A stretch of DNA of 64,000 nt from Macrostomum lignano (lineage: Eukaryota), in contig NIVC01000920.1 in NCBI GenBank assembly GCA_002269645.1, forward strand, positions 248,001 through 312,000, given 5' to 3'. Made by a program: the position numbers and the translations under genes. Positions 1 to 54,954 of the stretch are shown here, one piece after another; positions within the stretch are counted from its first letter, which is position 1, and each line of letters begins with the position of its first letter. The notes beneath the pieces were generated by a model. That model did no database searches. It had not been told where the DNA came from and saw only the letters and a list, made by a program, of their open reading frames with translations.

Positions 1-411
1 AATGTTGCATTAAATACGTTGTGTAATTGGGGTGTACCTTGAAAAAAAATAATTTTCGCTGTAATCGTGTCTAAACGAACGGAAATAATTGAAGAGCTCT
101 TTGTTTGCTAATACGAGTAACCCACCGATTGATGTACTCGAATCTGAATAAATAATGCTTTAGTTAAATTAAAAGCAAGCTTTAATGCGAGCATGGTATC
201 ATGTGATTTAGTGCACCACAGAAAATTAAGCTGGAAACTGGAAAACACCGTGATTGACTTTGTGAAAGTAATATACTGTACGCTATCAAGTGGCCTTAGC
301 GTAGATCCAGTCATTAAATTACTGAAGTAAGAGAATACTGGCTATCAGTGGAGTCAAAGAGGTCACCTAACTCTCAAATAGGAAAATCCCCGTCAAAAGA
401 CCCCAAAACCT

Positions 412-958
412 ACAGATCCCATCATCTTCAAATCCCATAAAACTCAAATCCCATAAACTTCAAATCCCATCATCTTCAAATCCTATAAACCTCAAATCCC
501 ATAAACTTCAAATCCCATAAACCTCAAATCCCATAAACTTCAAATCCCATCATCTTCAAATCCCATCAAATTCAAATCCCATCAGCTTCAAATCCCATCA
601 GCTTCAAATCCCATCAACTTCAAATCCCATCAACTTCAAATCCCATCAACTTCAAATCCCATCAACTTCAAATCCCATCAACTTCAAATCCCATCAACTT
701 CAAATCCCATCAACTTCAAATCCCATCAACTTCAAATCCCATCAACTTCAAATCCCATCAACTTCAAATCCCATCAACTTCAAATCCCATCAACTTCAAA
801 TCCCATCAACTTCAAATCCCATCAACTTCAAATCCCATCAACTTCAAATCCCATCAACTTCAAATCCCATCAACTTCAAATCCCATCAACTTCAAATCCC
901 ATCAACTTCAAATCCCATCATCTTCAAATCCCATCATCTTTAGATCCCATCAGCTTCA
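412..958 (+). repeat. 16-bp tandem array (cttcaaatcccatcaa) downstream of the fusion gene stop
   Basis: Visible directly; it is the reverse complement of the array at 2692-3250. Confidence 0.95.
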
Positions 959-1017
959 GACGAAAAACTTTTACCAAATATCAAGCGGTCGCCAGGGGCA
1001 CTAGCTACTCATATTAG

Positions 1018-22906
<21,889 letters not shown>

Positions 22907-25900
22907 TATTGGCTGTGCTTATGTGCTGTCAGTGACAATCAATAGCAAAGATGTCTGAAACATTAAAAATAGAAACTAGATAAGTGAGATATGAGAATCT
23001 AAAATACTATATAAATAGGATTTTGTGAAATAAAATCTTTAAGTTTCAAATTTTACAAGTATTCTAACATTTTATGGAAAGAAAAAGTTCAAAGAGAAAC
23101 AATACTATATAAGATATAATCTTCTTATAATCTTATAATTCTTACAATCTTCTATTTCAGTAGCTATATAAATCAATAGCTAACATTTTACCAACCTTTT
23201 ATAGAATATATATATATATATATTGAGAGTATACCAGGGTAAATCTAATTATCTAAATCTAATTATTAAATCTAATTATTTAATATGATAATTATAAATT
23301 TATTTTTTTATAAATTAAATTGTTAATTGTATAAATTTAGTCTACTTATATAACATTTAAAAAAGTTTATAGGGCAAATTGTGCCAATATACAAGTATAA
23401 TTTCTATTATCAGTTTTTAGATCAAATTTCTAGTAAAGAATGCTAATAGAAGTAAATACATCTAATTTTCATTGTAATTAAATATTAAATTATACAATTG
23501 CTATGTATATGCTTTATAATTCTAGATGCAATTTTCACTTAAATTTTTAAATACTTATAGTGAAAATATTAGGCAAATATACAAATTTAAATCTTAGCAA
23601 AGCAATGATCTAGTTGCCATTTGTATCTTTCTGAGCTGCAACAGAGGAATTTTAATATGTGGATCCAAATTTGTGCCAGTGCCACAGTTGACAAAACCTA
23701 CCAGTCAATGGACAATTACCAATGTTTTGTGAAGGTAAGAATAAGCAATCTCACTAGCAACTTCAATATACTTTATCAAAATAGATGAAAAAGCAAGATC
23801 ACAAAAATAATGTTAAAATGATAAATAAAAGTTAATTGTACTATGCAATAGTTTTTAATGAAAAATAACTTACGAAATACTAAAGGTTACAATAATGGAT
23901 AATCTGTTAATTCATTGATAGCTTGATAACTTGATATGTTTTCCCAGGATATATTTTATGCTTGTTAAACAAGTCGAATCTAAAGGTTCGCTTATAGTTA
24001 CAGGAGCAGGATGGAGGGATTAAAAATTCTAACATCGGCGTGCAGTGTGATACCAAACACATGCACATGCAGCTCTAAAAGGCGAAAACTTCAAATTCTT
24101 GTGCGATAAAATTTTTTGAATTTCAAAATTTTCGTTTTCGTAAAAGGCTTTAACAAATAGTCTTGACAACTAATCAAACTAGGCAGATTAAATGACTATT
24201 TCATACTTTTTACTATTCAATCTTGTTTAAATATTAGGAAGCTCAGTTTCTATTTGAATTTAAACTAACAGTGGGAAACAAAAACGTCCGAAATTGTGCG
24301 ACGACAGAATGGGGAAGTTTTGTTAGAGTTAGATGCTGAATTTTCTTTTAATCACTTTATTATCGCAATGCAGAAAGTAATGAGGAATAATTAATTTATT
24401 CCGTGCACTAGCTCTCTGAACAATCAAGTATGACTATAAGTAAATAGATACATGTAGAGTGGGGACCATGTTGTTTTTATAGTAAATCTAAAAAGCATGA
24501 TGGCTAGCCTTTGGTTTTAAACCAGTAAAAACGCTACGCAGTTAGGAGATGGCATTTTTCAGCATGAAATATTTTCTTTGGAGGTTTTCTTTTTGTTTCT
24601 TTAGTCTTTTCTTACTTACCTATTTGCAGCTTTTTTAGCCTTGCAAGCTTTTTTTCAAAATAGTAGTAGTGACCGTACTAATTTATATTCAAGTGTGATT
24701 TAAAGAGATGAATTGTAGTATATTCTACGATAGTTTTATAAATAAAACTTTCCTGAATGACATTCGCATTATTTTTTATTTGGTAACTTCTTTTATTATT
24801 ATCAGTTCCTGCTCTTTCGCTTTTACATGTATCGTGTTAGATTATATCATGTTTTAATGTTAAGAATGTCGATCTTTAACCTACGATCTTCAAATTATAA
24901 TTATTTTACTATTTTAATTTACAAAATTATGTAGAAAATTGACTCATTTGCAATGAGACATCGTTTTTTATTTTTGAAAGTCGTAAAAAGGTCTACTTTT
25001 GTTGCGTCCAATATTTTTGTTACTTTTAGAAAAGAAGATCGATTCATAGCAAAACATCTTTTGTCCGTGACAATGACAATTTTACTCAAATAAGGTAGTG
25101 GTTTATAAAACTGAAGAAGGAATTCATTCTTTAAAAAATGTGCTGTTGAATTTGAGTTTAATCGTTCGTTCTACACGTACGGTAAATGAGCACGAGTTTC
25201 AATTGGCCATGACAGTTTGCTTAATTCACTTAATCTCACATTCACGATAGCTTACTTTTAGTAAGGTTTAGCTGCAAAAGTACATGTACGCTCGTACATT
25301 AAATTTTTTCCTTTACGATCCCGTGGGAGTCGGGATTGAGGGCCAGCCACAATTGCGCTCGTAGAAAAGGCCTACAGTTTTATAAGCAAAAATGAGATCA
25401 ATTAAAATTGCGCAACACAAGAATTTGTCTATGGCAAAACCCCATTTAGCCCTATGCGTTCTCTAGGGTATTCTAACTAAATGCACTATGGCTATAGGAC
25501 AAATATACCTTCCAGCCACCAGCTCCTTTCTAAAAAACCGAATGTAGCGTTTGTTCTCAAATTTTATTTTTGCAAAAATCGGAAGAAGAATTAGTTAGTA
25601 CAGTACATGTGCGTACTGTATACCGCAAAAGCTAGAAAAATTAGCTTTTTCTAATTTTCAGTGGTCCAAAACACCGTCTTCTACGAGCGTAATTGAGTTT
25701 CTGATTTCTTAGTACTGAACCGTGAGGTATCATGCCAGAGGTCTACTCCATGCAAAACTTCAGAAAAAAGTTCTGCGTGCTCAAATATATTTTCAATTGT
25801 TCTACTTTAAACAGAAATTATGGAGAAATATTTAAAGAAAATGATTCAGAAAAATTCTGCTTTGAGGAATTTTCTACGAATGGAATTTTTTGAAGTAGTT

Positions 25901-26226
25901 TCAGGCACTTCACTGCAGCTGCACAGCTGGCCGATCCCCGGTTGATTCATTCAGCATTCAACAGCCCAAATGCATGCAGGCGGTAATCCTGGCGGAGGTC
26001 TCTAGCTCGCACTCTGCCCTCCAATTCTCTTCCCTGAGCTGAGAACGGCTCGTAGGAGAAATCAATAAATACTCTGGCCCCAGAAATATTTTACAAGCAA
26101 AATTGTATCTGTGCGATTCCATTGGTTGCTATTATGGATACAAAATCTGCACTCGCTCACGGGCGGCAGAGAAGCAAGTTTAAGCAAACCTGTGCGCGAA
26201 TGGTGGGGGCGGGCATGAGAGTAAGA

Positions 26227-26264
<38 letters not shown>

Positions 26265-26439
26265 CAAAACCCCGAAACCAAAGACAGAATTGAGTTCTTC
26301 TCATGTAGTTTTATTGTTGAAGCTCTGCTATCACTCGTAACTGCACTGAAGCGACTTTGCTCTGTGTGCTCTGAGATTTCTCTCGTTGATTCAATTTAAT
26401 TTCCTGTCATTTCCTTTGTTAAAAAGCAACAGATCAAGG

Positions 26440-29400
26440 ATGCCAGTAGATTGCGGATCCAAGCTGCAGAGTTTCGGCAGCAAGTTGTTGCGAAAGAAGA
26501 GCCTGGCAGAGGCCAGATCGTTGGAGACGCCGCTAGATCGGTGCCTGACTGTGTGGCACCTGCTGTTTTATGCTATCGCTCACATGGCCGGAGCTGGAGT
26601 GTACGTGCTCACCGGAGCAGTGGTCAAGAGCAACGCCGGTAAGCGCGCGTTCACACATTATTGCACCGAAGCCCGGAAACGCCACGTCCGTTTCTGTTGG
26701 TGCGGTCAGCAGGACTTAACCAAACCATAGGACCCATTTTACACTCTGCTATGCAAAGTCTGTCCAGCCAAGAACGGCCAAGAACAACTCTTTGTATATA
26801 TGAAAGCTGTACATTAGCAAAATTTGAATTACCACTGACATACACAGCAGCTCAGATTCACGCCCGCGGAGGGCCAACCCTCTATAGGGCACGGAGAGCT
26901 GTACATGCCTAACGATGAGAAGTCAGGGCTGCTGTACAACCCTGTGCTAGCATGTTCCTGTTTACGTTTCCGTGTGAGCCTAATAGACGCGGGGACTAAA
27001 TAGTTACCATAGGGGAGTCCTTGGTTTGAAATATGATTTAAAAAATCGTCACTCCTCAGGTCCTGGCGCATTCGTCAGCTACTTGATCTGCGGAGTGGCC
27101 TCTCTGTTCACCGGACTCTGCTACGTTGAGTTTGCCACCCTGGTGCCGAAGGCTGGCAGCTGCTACACCTACACCTACCTGATGCTTGGCGAACTGCCGG
27201 CCTTCGTTGTTGGCTGGACAATGCTGTCTGATTACATCATCGGCATGGCCTCAGTTGCTAAGGCATTCAGCGGCACGGTTGACGCGCTTTGCAACCACAC
27301 TGTGAGCGGCTTCTTCAAGCAGCACATGGGAACTTTTCATCACGGACCGTCTCAGGTGAGTTCCGATTGGGATGTGGCAAATGGAGATTTGCGTTTAGAT
27401 TAGGGGTGAGAGAGATGAAAGAGAAGAGATGAGAGAGAAGATGAAAGAAGAGATGAGAAAGGCGATCGAAACGTGTGAAGAGAGGCTCGAGAGAAGAGAG
27501 GAGAGAAGGTATGAGAGAGCTGAGAGATTGCCGAGCTCTGTGCCAGGGTTGGCACATTTTTTCACCTCAAGTGTCGGTTAGAGAACCAAGCGCATGACTG
27601 CGGGCCAGCGGAGGGGAGAGAGGAGAGAGAAGAGAGAGAAAGGAGAGAGGAGAGAGAGAAGAGAGAAGAGAGGAGAGAGAAGAGAGGAGAGAGAAGAGAG
27701 AAGAGAGGAGAGAGAAGAGAGAAGAGAGGAGAGAGAAGAGAAGAGAGGAGAGAGAAGAGAGAAGAGAGGAGAGAGAAGAGAAGAGAGGAGAGAGAAGAGA
27801 GAAGAGAGGAGAGAGAGGAGGGGAGAGAGGGGAGAAGGCAGAGAAGAGAGAGGAAAGAGGAAAGCGGATAAAAAAGAGAGATGGCGAGGTGAGAGAAGTT
27901 ATAAGAGAGCTGAGAAGGGACACAAATCTTGCGCAGGCCGGATTGCTATTGTGAAGTTTCAAAGGACCCGATGGCCGGAAAGAGATGCTTTATGGGCCAC
28001 AATGTGACCCGAGGGACTGTACGAGCTATGCCGACCCCTGGTGTAGGCCAAACACTCCAAAGAGTTTTTTTATAAACATAGTTTATATTCTTATTTCTTT
28101 TTAACGTAGGTTAACTGCAGCTCCAAGCCCCCTTCTGAGTCATACAGATGATGTGCAGAATACTAGGGGAGGGGCAGCCTAATGCGTTCACTCTCTCCAG
28201 AGCGAGGACAAGTCTGTTTAGTTACTGCATGCTCTGCTTGCTCTGCTTTGTCAACTACTCTAGTTGCGGTCCCTCACTGCGAAGATTCAATTTATGCTTG
28301 TAAATGTTAATAAAACAATTGAAGCATTGCTTTCATCATCACCTTGAGTGGACAGAGTTCCAATCGAAAACAACTAGCATCAAGACCCAGAACGATGAGC
28401 GTGTGTGTTAAAATGTGTCTGCAAGCTTTTATAACTCAAGGACCAGGTAAAGAACCTTGCTAATGGCTGCAGACCGGATGAAAGGAGAGGAGAGACAATA
28501 GAGGAGAGAAAGAAGAGAATAGAGGAGAGAAAGAAGAGAGGAGATAAGAAAAACGAGCGAAAGGAGAGAGAGGATCGAGAGAAGGTATAAGAGAGCTGAG
28601 AAGAGACCTTGAGCGGGGCGGATTGCCATGGTGAAGTTTTAAAGGGTTTGCCGACACCTGCCCTAACCTTAGATAATTAAAACCGTAGCCCTAACTAAAG
28701 ACTAGCCCTCACATAAACTGTCACAGGTCAACTAGCGGGCAGCCAATTACCGAACTTCTTCATATTTGACCCCGACAGATTTTCGACGACACCTGGGACA
28801 TGGTGGCCGTCGCCCTAATCCTGAGCCTCATGCTGCTCGTCGTTGCCGGCGCGAACTTCTCCCTGTCGGTGAACATCGGCCTGAGCGTCCTTCAGCTGCT
28901 GTGCCTCGCCACTGTGGCCGTGGCCGCCTTCGTCTACGGCAGCGCCGCCAACTGGACGGCGGGCGGCGGCTTCTTCCCGTACGGCATCTCCGGCGTTGTC
29001 CAAGGCGCCACGGTGGCCATTTTTGCCTACTCGGGCTTCGAGAGCGTCAGCAACGCGGCTGAAGAGTGCCGGAATCCCAGGCGCGACCTGCCGATAGCCC
29101 TGCTCAGCAGCCTGGGCATCATCGCCGTGCTGTACGTGGCCGCCTGCTTGGGCATCTCCTACCTAGAGCCCTACTACGAGCTCGACGTCAACTCGCCATT
29201 TGTCTCGGCGTTCAGTCGCCGCGGCGCCTACTGGGCGGAGGGCTTCGCAGCGGCTGGCACCCTGCTGGCCACCGGTGCCACCAAGCTGGCCACCATGTAT
29301 GTGATACCTCGCATGGCCTACGCTCTGGCTAGCGACGGCGTCATCTTGAAGTGCTTCGCCAACGTCAACGAGCGAGTTCGGGTGCCGCTGCCTGGCCTAT

Positions 29401-31422
29401 TCTGTGGCACCGCTCTGGCCGCAGTGTTGGCCATGTTCTTCAAGCTGGAGTTCCTCGCTGACATGGTCAGCATGGGGATTCTGCTGTCCTACTTTGCTGT
29501 CGGCTTGGACCTGTTCGTGCTGCGGTACCTGCACTTCGCTTCGGGCGACAAGGTGGGTTTAGCTCAAACCAACTCAAATTTAGACTATTTGTTACTTGAG
29601 TTCTGCTGCTTTTTGGTAGGCTACATTAAATGTTCTAGAAAAAAATTCAACCTGAGTCACTGTCGATAAACTCAGCTCAACTGGAGATATTGTCGATCTG
29701 TCGATCGATAAGGCCAACTGTAAGACGTTCTGTCAGTCGATTTGCATACTCAACTCGAGACTCTCTATCCATCGATTGACTCAACTCAGGACTTTCTCTA
29801 TCCACCGAGAGACTTAACTCAGGACTTTCTCTATCCACCGAGAGACTCAACTCAGGACTTTCTCTATCCACCGAGAGACTTAACTCAGGACTTTCTCTAT
29901 CCACCGAGAGACTCAACTCGGGACTTTCTATCCATCGATTGACTCAACTCAGGACTTTCTCTATCCACCGAGAGACTTAACTCAGGACTTTCTCTATCCA
30001 CCGAGAGACTCAACTCAGGACTTTCTCTATCCATCGATTGACTCAACTCAGGACTTTCTCTATCCACCGAGAGACTTAACTCAGGACTTTCTCTATCCAC
30101 CGAGAGACTTAACTCAGGACTTTCTCTATCCACCGAGAGACTTAACTCAGGACTTTCTCTATCCATCGATAGACTCAACTCAGGACTTTCTCTATCCATC
30201 GAGAGACTCAACTCAGGACTTTCTCTATCCACCGATTGACTCAACTCAGGACTTTCTCTATCCACCGACCAATCTGCCGGATCTTAACTGCTCATCTGCT
30301 CATGCACTTAGCAATATTTCTATACTTCCAGTCCAAGGTGCCGCTGCGAGATTGGGCCTCGGGCCGCCTGTCCAGCAGTCTCCCCTGGCTCGGCACCCTG
30401 CCAGGCCTGAAGCGTCTGCTGGGAGGCTTCGTGGTCGCCTGCTTCCTCTGCGGCGGGGCCGTGGACTACGCCGTACCCCAGCTGACCTGGTGGTCCTGGC
30501 TTCTTGGCTGCATCACCCTGGCGGCAGTCCTGGTCACCGGCGGTCTTCTTTGCGGCTATCAGCCGCACGAAGTTGCCGAGATGTACGAATCTCCGCTGAT
30601 GCCCCTGTCGCCACTGACCACAATCTTCATCAATGCGGTGATGATAGTGAAAATGCAGTTCTACACCTGGCTGAGGTTTCTACTGTGGATTGGAGTCGGT
30701 TAGTGCGAATCTAGTTAATGTTTTTCAGTCACTGGTGTGGTTCGATTCCCTTCGCGGCCACACGCAGCTTCTTCAAGTGAATGGATAATTAGGGCCAGCC
30801 TCTCAAGACACAGATAGTGCGCATGCCCGATGGTGCTGAGAAAGTCTGGGCAGCTGTACACCCTCGTGAGCGTGTGCCTGACTGCATGCTTGCCTCCTTG
30901 ATTGTCGCGTGTTGGGGTCGGCTTGTTGATTTAATTGCAGTGCCCAAAAAGATCGCTCTGAATAATCAATGGACTGCAGAAGTTTCATAATCATTCGATT
31001 AATATTTTATAGCACTTACAAGTTAAGTAGGGTTGGCCGCGGTTAGCAAGCATCTTAAACGTGGCAAATTGAGTTGCAGCTCCATTTGGTCGAAGCTCTG
31101 AGGCTGCGTTAGAAATTGTCTATCTCTGACCATATGCAGCCGGTAAATTTCATTTCCGTTTTAAAATGTACTTTTTTCTGGAATTTTGCAAGCACCATGT
31201 TAATCGGAATTCTCCGAACTCACTCCAGGCCTCATCCTGTATTTCTCCTACGGCATCCGGCATAGCACAGCTCTGGAGGGAGGTGACGCGGGCGCAGGAG
31301 CCGGTGGCGAATACGTCAGTCTAGATGATACAAAGCCGGAAAAAAATAACGACAACAACGATGGAAAAGATGGCGCCAATTTAAATGAAGAGAAACGACC
31401 GGTTCTCTCGGGGTCTTCTTGA
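26440..31422 (+). CDS. Cationic amino-acid transporter (SLC7A1-4/CAT family, APC superfamily), ~609 aa, 5 exons
   Basis: join(26440..26638,27060..27355,28779..29552,30332..30698,31229..31422) = 1830 nt with compatible phases. Motifs: LLRKK...LDRCLT, GAGVYVLTG, AG|PGAFVSY, CYVEFATLVPKAGSCYTY, GGGFFPYG, FAYSGFE, EECRNPRRDLP, PRMAYALASDG, and C-terminal G|LILYFSYGIRHS. Confidence 0.93.
27610..27890 (+). repeat. GA-rich low-complexity array in intron 2 of the SLC7 gene
   Basis: Visible directly. Confidence 0.88.
29745..30270 (+). repeat. 33-bp tandem array (ctcaactcaggactttctctatccaccgagaga), SLC7 intron 3
   Basis: Visible directly; produces DRESPELSLSV pseudo-ORFs. Confidence 0.95.
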
Positions 31423-32499
31423 CGATACAAACTGATGTGATATCTCAGAAAGTTATCCAAATAAAATCAATTTATTTTTAGATGTGTTACCCCAAAGCTT
31501 GCAATTCGTAGAAAAAGTACGTACCTCGATTGTTATTTGTTTTACCGATTGGAAAATTTTCAATTCTGGATTTTCATGAGAAATTTTCGAATTTCCTTTT
31601 TTTGCGATTCCAAAAATCTACGTTAATACACATAATCAAGGTTTATTGGTCATACGAGCTGTAGAATGGTTAACTAATAAACATCATATCATATACTCTC
31701 TCTTCTAGTCAAATGTACTCTTTACGGAAAAAATATAAATATTTAAATACTTATTTTATCATTCTTATATATTATATGATTTATTATATTTTATTTGTAT
31801 TCATTTTATTTTATTATTGATTTAGTTCTTAGCTTAGCACTTTTAGTCATGTATTTAAAAAATGTAATTAAATTGACCGTAAAATGTCATTATCTAAAGA
31901 AAAAAAATATTTACAAAAATAACTGACCAACATGGATCCATTCGTTTTTATATAAACAAAATGAATAAACTTCGATAGGTTATAATTAACATAAAGCATG
32001 GGATTTAAAACAAAGATAAAAATACATGGTTTTTATTTATTTAATTTTTTAGTGCATTAGCAATACTAGTACTGAAATAGAGTTCTTAACCAGTACGTAA
32101 AAGATCATACAGATTGAATAAGAGTAAAATAATGGATTGCTAATCTCACCCTTAAGTAGGATAACAAAGCGTAGGCTGTATATGCTTTTAGTGGCGATCT
32201 CTACACAAAACGGATTGCTAGTCTGGCTTACTTGGATAATTTAGCAAATTAACTTTATTGTGAGCGATATTTTTCTGTAACACGCGGTAAGGACATCTGA
32301 TATGTTAATTACAGCCACAATTGACAGTTACAAATCAGATTAAAACAATTTTTGAGTAAAACTATGCAATGGTCCGGATTGTCTGGCTAATTGAAAATGC
32401 ACATCAAGCGAGATTCGATTTTAAACAGGATGCGAACAAAAATTAATCGTTTTTACCGGAAAAAGTGCTTATACCAGATGCAGCAGCATGCAGATTACT

Positions 32500-52138
<19,639 letters not shown>

Positions 52139-52549
52139 GGGCCTGCGCCAGCGATACAGCAGTGACCAATGGGATGTTAGAGTGGCCCGATCTCATTGGC
52201 TGAAAGACGCAGTCCTCCCATGTGTGACCCTTGGTACCTGCAGTTTCCTGACTGTCCAAAAGCCTGGGGCATCAACGAACGAGGCTCAGTCATCATTTTT
52301 TTGCAGCAACGCATTTGGGTTTTACAAAAGCTAAAAAAACTATTGGACCAACAATACGAGCTAAGTGTTAGAATCATTACAAAATCCCATTTAGCTACGT
52401 CTCACTCAGCCCCAGTGGGATAATACGAGCGTACATAGGCTGAAATGGGGGATCCTGCAGTGTATGTCGACTCAAAATTTCTACTACTACTACTAATACT
52501 ACTACTACTACTACAATATTCTCATACTATACTCATACTCATACTACTA

Positions 52550-52865
52550 TTATATTCTTGGAATGTGTACACAGCTATATTCTTGGAGTGTGTGCACAGC
52601 TACATTCTTGGAATGTGTACACAGCTATATTCTTAGAGTGTGCACATGACAGCTACATTCTTGGAATGTTTACCCAGCTAGATTATTGGAATGTGTACAC
52701 AGCTATATTCTTAGAGTGTGTACATGACAGCTACATTCTTGGAATGTTTACCCAGCTAGATTATTGGAATGTGTACACAGCTATATTCTTAGAGTGTGTA
52801 CATGACAGCTATATTCTTGGAATGTGTACCCAGCTACATTCTTGGAATGCGTACACAGCTAGATT
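52550..52865 (+). repeat. Tandem array (ttggaatgtgtacacagctatattc and variants)
   Basis: Visible directly. Confidence 0.85.
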
Positions 52866-53149
52866 AAAATCGACGAGAGTATTGAAAACGGTTGACATAT
52901 ATCAAGGACACTGATTGAAACTGAATCTCTTTTCAGCGCACAGGGTTGTACGCGATACTACGAGCTAGCAGATGAAAGTTTAGATCAGTAGTATAAGGAT
53001 TTACAAAGTTAAACGCAAGCCACACAAGGCCAGTGTAAATAGTGTGTAAGTTACAGTGTAGAGAGCACGAGATCAGTACACAAGGCAATCATGCCTGTCC
53101 GGATCAAACAAGCGCAGTGTCGAGGTGTCACACGAGATTGCAAGAAAGT

Positions 53150-54020
53150 TTTCGGTTGTACTCTGTCAGTCGCCGTTCACCCATACATAAGGATTAAGAT
53201 GTTCGATCATCTCTATAGGTTTTTCATAGAAATTTTTACGGTGAAGGCGGCAAACAAGCCGCTTCCTTGAAAGTCAATCGAAGCTTGCTAGTTTTCTAAG
53301 AAATACACTGCGTTGAAATTGCTCTCGAATAACAATTAGAACAGGACGCTAGCGTAGGGAGTCGCGCATTGTTGTTTCATCTTGAAAGATTCAAGAGGCA
53401 CGCATAGAACGGGCAGGCTGCTTTGACCTTGTTGAGTTGAGACACGACAAAGCATTTTGCTTGCTGTTCACAAATCATCGTTGAATCACAGCACACTGGT
53501 TGTTTGCAAGAAAGGCACGCGGATGCGTTCATTGATCGAATGAAGCTCTTAGCGGGTCACTTGTAATCTCGAAAATATTGTTGAAAGTCTAGCTTTATTT
53601 GTTACTTTCACTTTACGAGTAGTAAGCAGATAATCTGAAGCGTAATTTTTGTGTAAAAATATCAACACTATTACAGATTATTGAGTCACAGTTGCGCGCG
53701 CTTGTACGTAAGCTATCACCCTTAAAATGCTAGAGTAAGCACTTCTCAAAGTTTCACCAACTGCACTCAATCTAATGGAATTGACAAACCGCGCAACTTC
53801 ACACCATGTCCGGCTTTCGAGACCAAACACATTCACCTGTCACTGTCACGGTTTTTCGGTGGTGCAATGAGTGCAAGTGTGGCCGACGCAGCCTTGATGG
53901 CGAGGCAGCTCCATGCGACTTCACATGGGTGCCTCACAACCTCACCGAGGATCGAAAATCGGAAAGTGCGCCGGTGCGAGTTCAAGCCCAAGAGACATTA
54001 AGCGACATTGTCACGCAACC
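53150..54020. mobile_element. Degenerate mariner-like transposase fragments
   Basis: Plus strand ~53915-54015 reads FTWVPHNLTEDRK...TLSDIVT (mariner WVPHEL motif; first catalytic GDE absent). Minus strand ~53150-53520 reads AFLANNQCAVI and NFYEKPIEMI..VNGD*, resembling the mariner C-terminal region, with stops. No TIRs identified. Confidence 0.4.
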
Positions 54021-54229
54021 GGCGAGAGACATTACTGCCCATTCCGCCGACTCCCCTGAGCAGGCACACAAGCGTGCGGATACAGACACACAGGAGTTTA
54101 CAGCGGTCCTGACTTTATTTATCGTTAGGCATGTACACTTCACTGTAGTGCTTTGGGGGTTGGCCCTCAATGGCCTTAATTGCACAAGAAGACCAAAGCC
54201 GTGATTACAATTTAGCTCCAAAACTAATG

Positions 54230-54304
54230 TGACTGCACTTGGAATCGAGCCTGGTCCGCTGGCACATCAAAGCGCCGCGCCGTAGACCACTGGGCTACGG
54301 CGCC
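54230..54304 (-). pseudogene. tRNA-like sequence (tRNA pseudogene or SINE head)
   Basis: Minus strand GGCGCCGTAGCCCAGTGGTCTACGGCGCGGCGCTTTGATGTGCCAGCGGACCAGGCTCGATTCC: A-box TAGCCCAGTGG and B-box-like GGCTCGATTCC at tRNA spacing. The acceptor and T stems pair poorly. Confidence 0.5.
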
Positions 54305-54954
54305 TCCAGGCTGGAGCCTGCACGCAGTGTAGTGTCAGCATGTGCTACGCATATTGTAAGCTGCATTTTTCTTGGTCTCTCCCACCTCTTTTTTGATTCG
54401 TGTCTAAATCACAAAAATGTCTGTGCGCAGGTCGTATTGTGTAAAATTGCAAATACCATTGGCAAGATATACAATAGCTGGTATGATGTTTAATATTAGG
54501 CATGAAATTATACACATACTTGTCACATTACAAGCAAGATAAAGCTTGCAGTGGAAACTGTATTTATGTAGCTATTTTTTTTACTGAAATATGCTTATTT
54601 TTACGCAAAAAAGCATAAGACAAGACAAAAATTAGAACAAAAAGCAAATTACACAAGTAACATAGATTTTCAAAATAGGATTATAAATAGTTGAAGCATA
54701 GATCAATAGACCAATGTTTATCATCCTTTAAAGATTGACAGTGAAGGTGGACAGAAAGCAGTTAAAAAATCATTTTTGCTGGATTAAATATATAATCTCT
54801 CAGATAAAAACATGTAGTCAATATGCGTGTATTGATGAAGATTTCTGGTGCGACGTCAAATAAGCAATAATTTCACATAGAAACTTTTGTAACTTAATGA
54901 GAATGCCTGATAAAATAATAAGTTAACCACTCCAACCTCACTTTACGTTCATTG

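Noticed and set aside
23980-25810. AT-rich segment ending ...caattgttctactttaa, suggestive of a TTAA-type DNA transposon end
   Set aside because: I could not find the matching inverted terminus or any coding remnant; it needs a repeat-library search.
30736-30765. Perfect B-box GGTTCGATTCC
   Set aside because: No upstream A-box or cloverleaf, so it is insufficient for a tRNA or SINE call.
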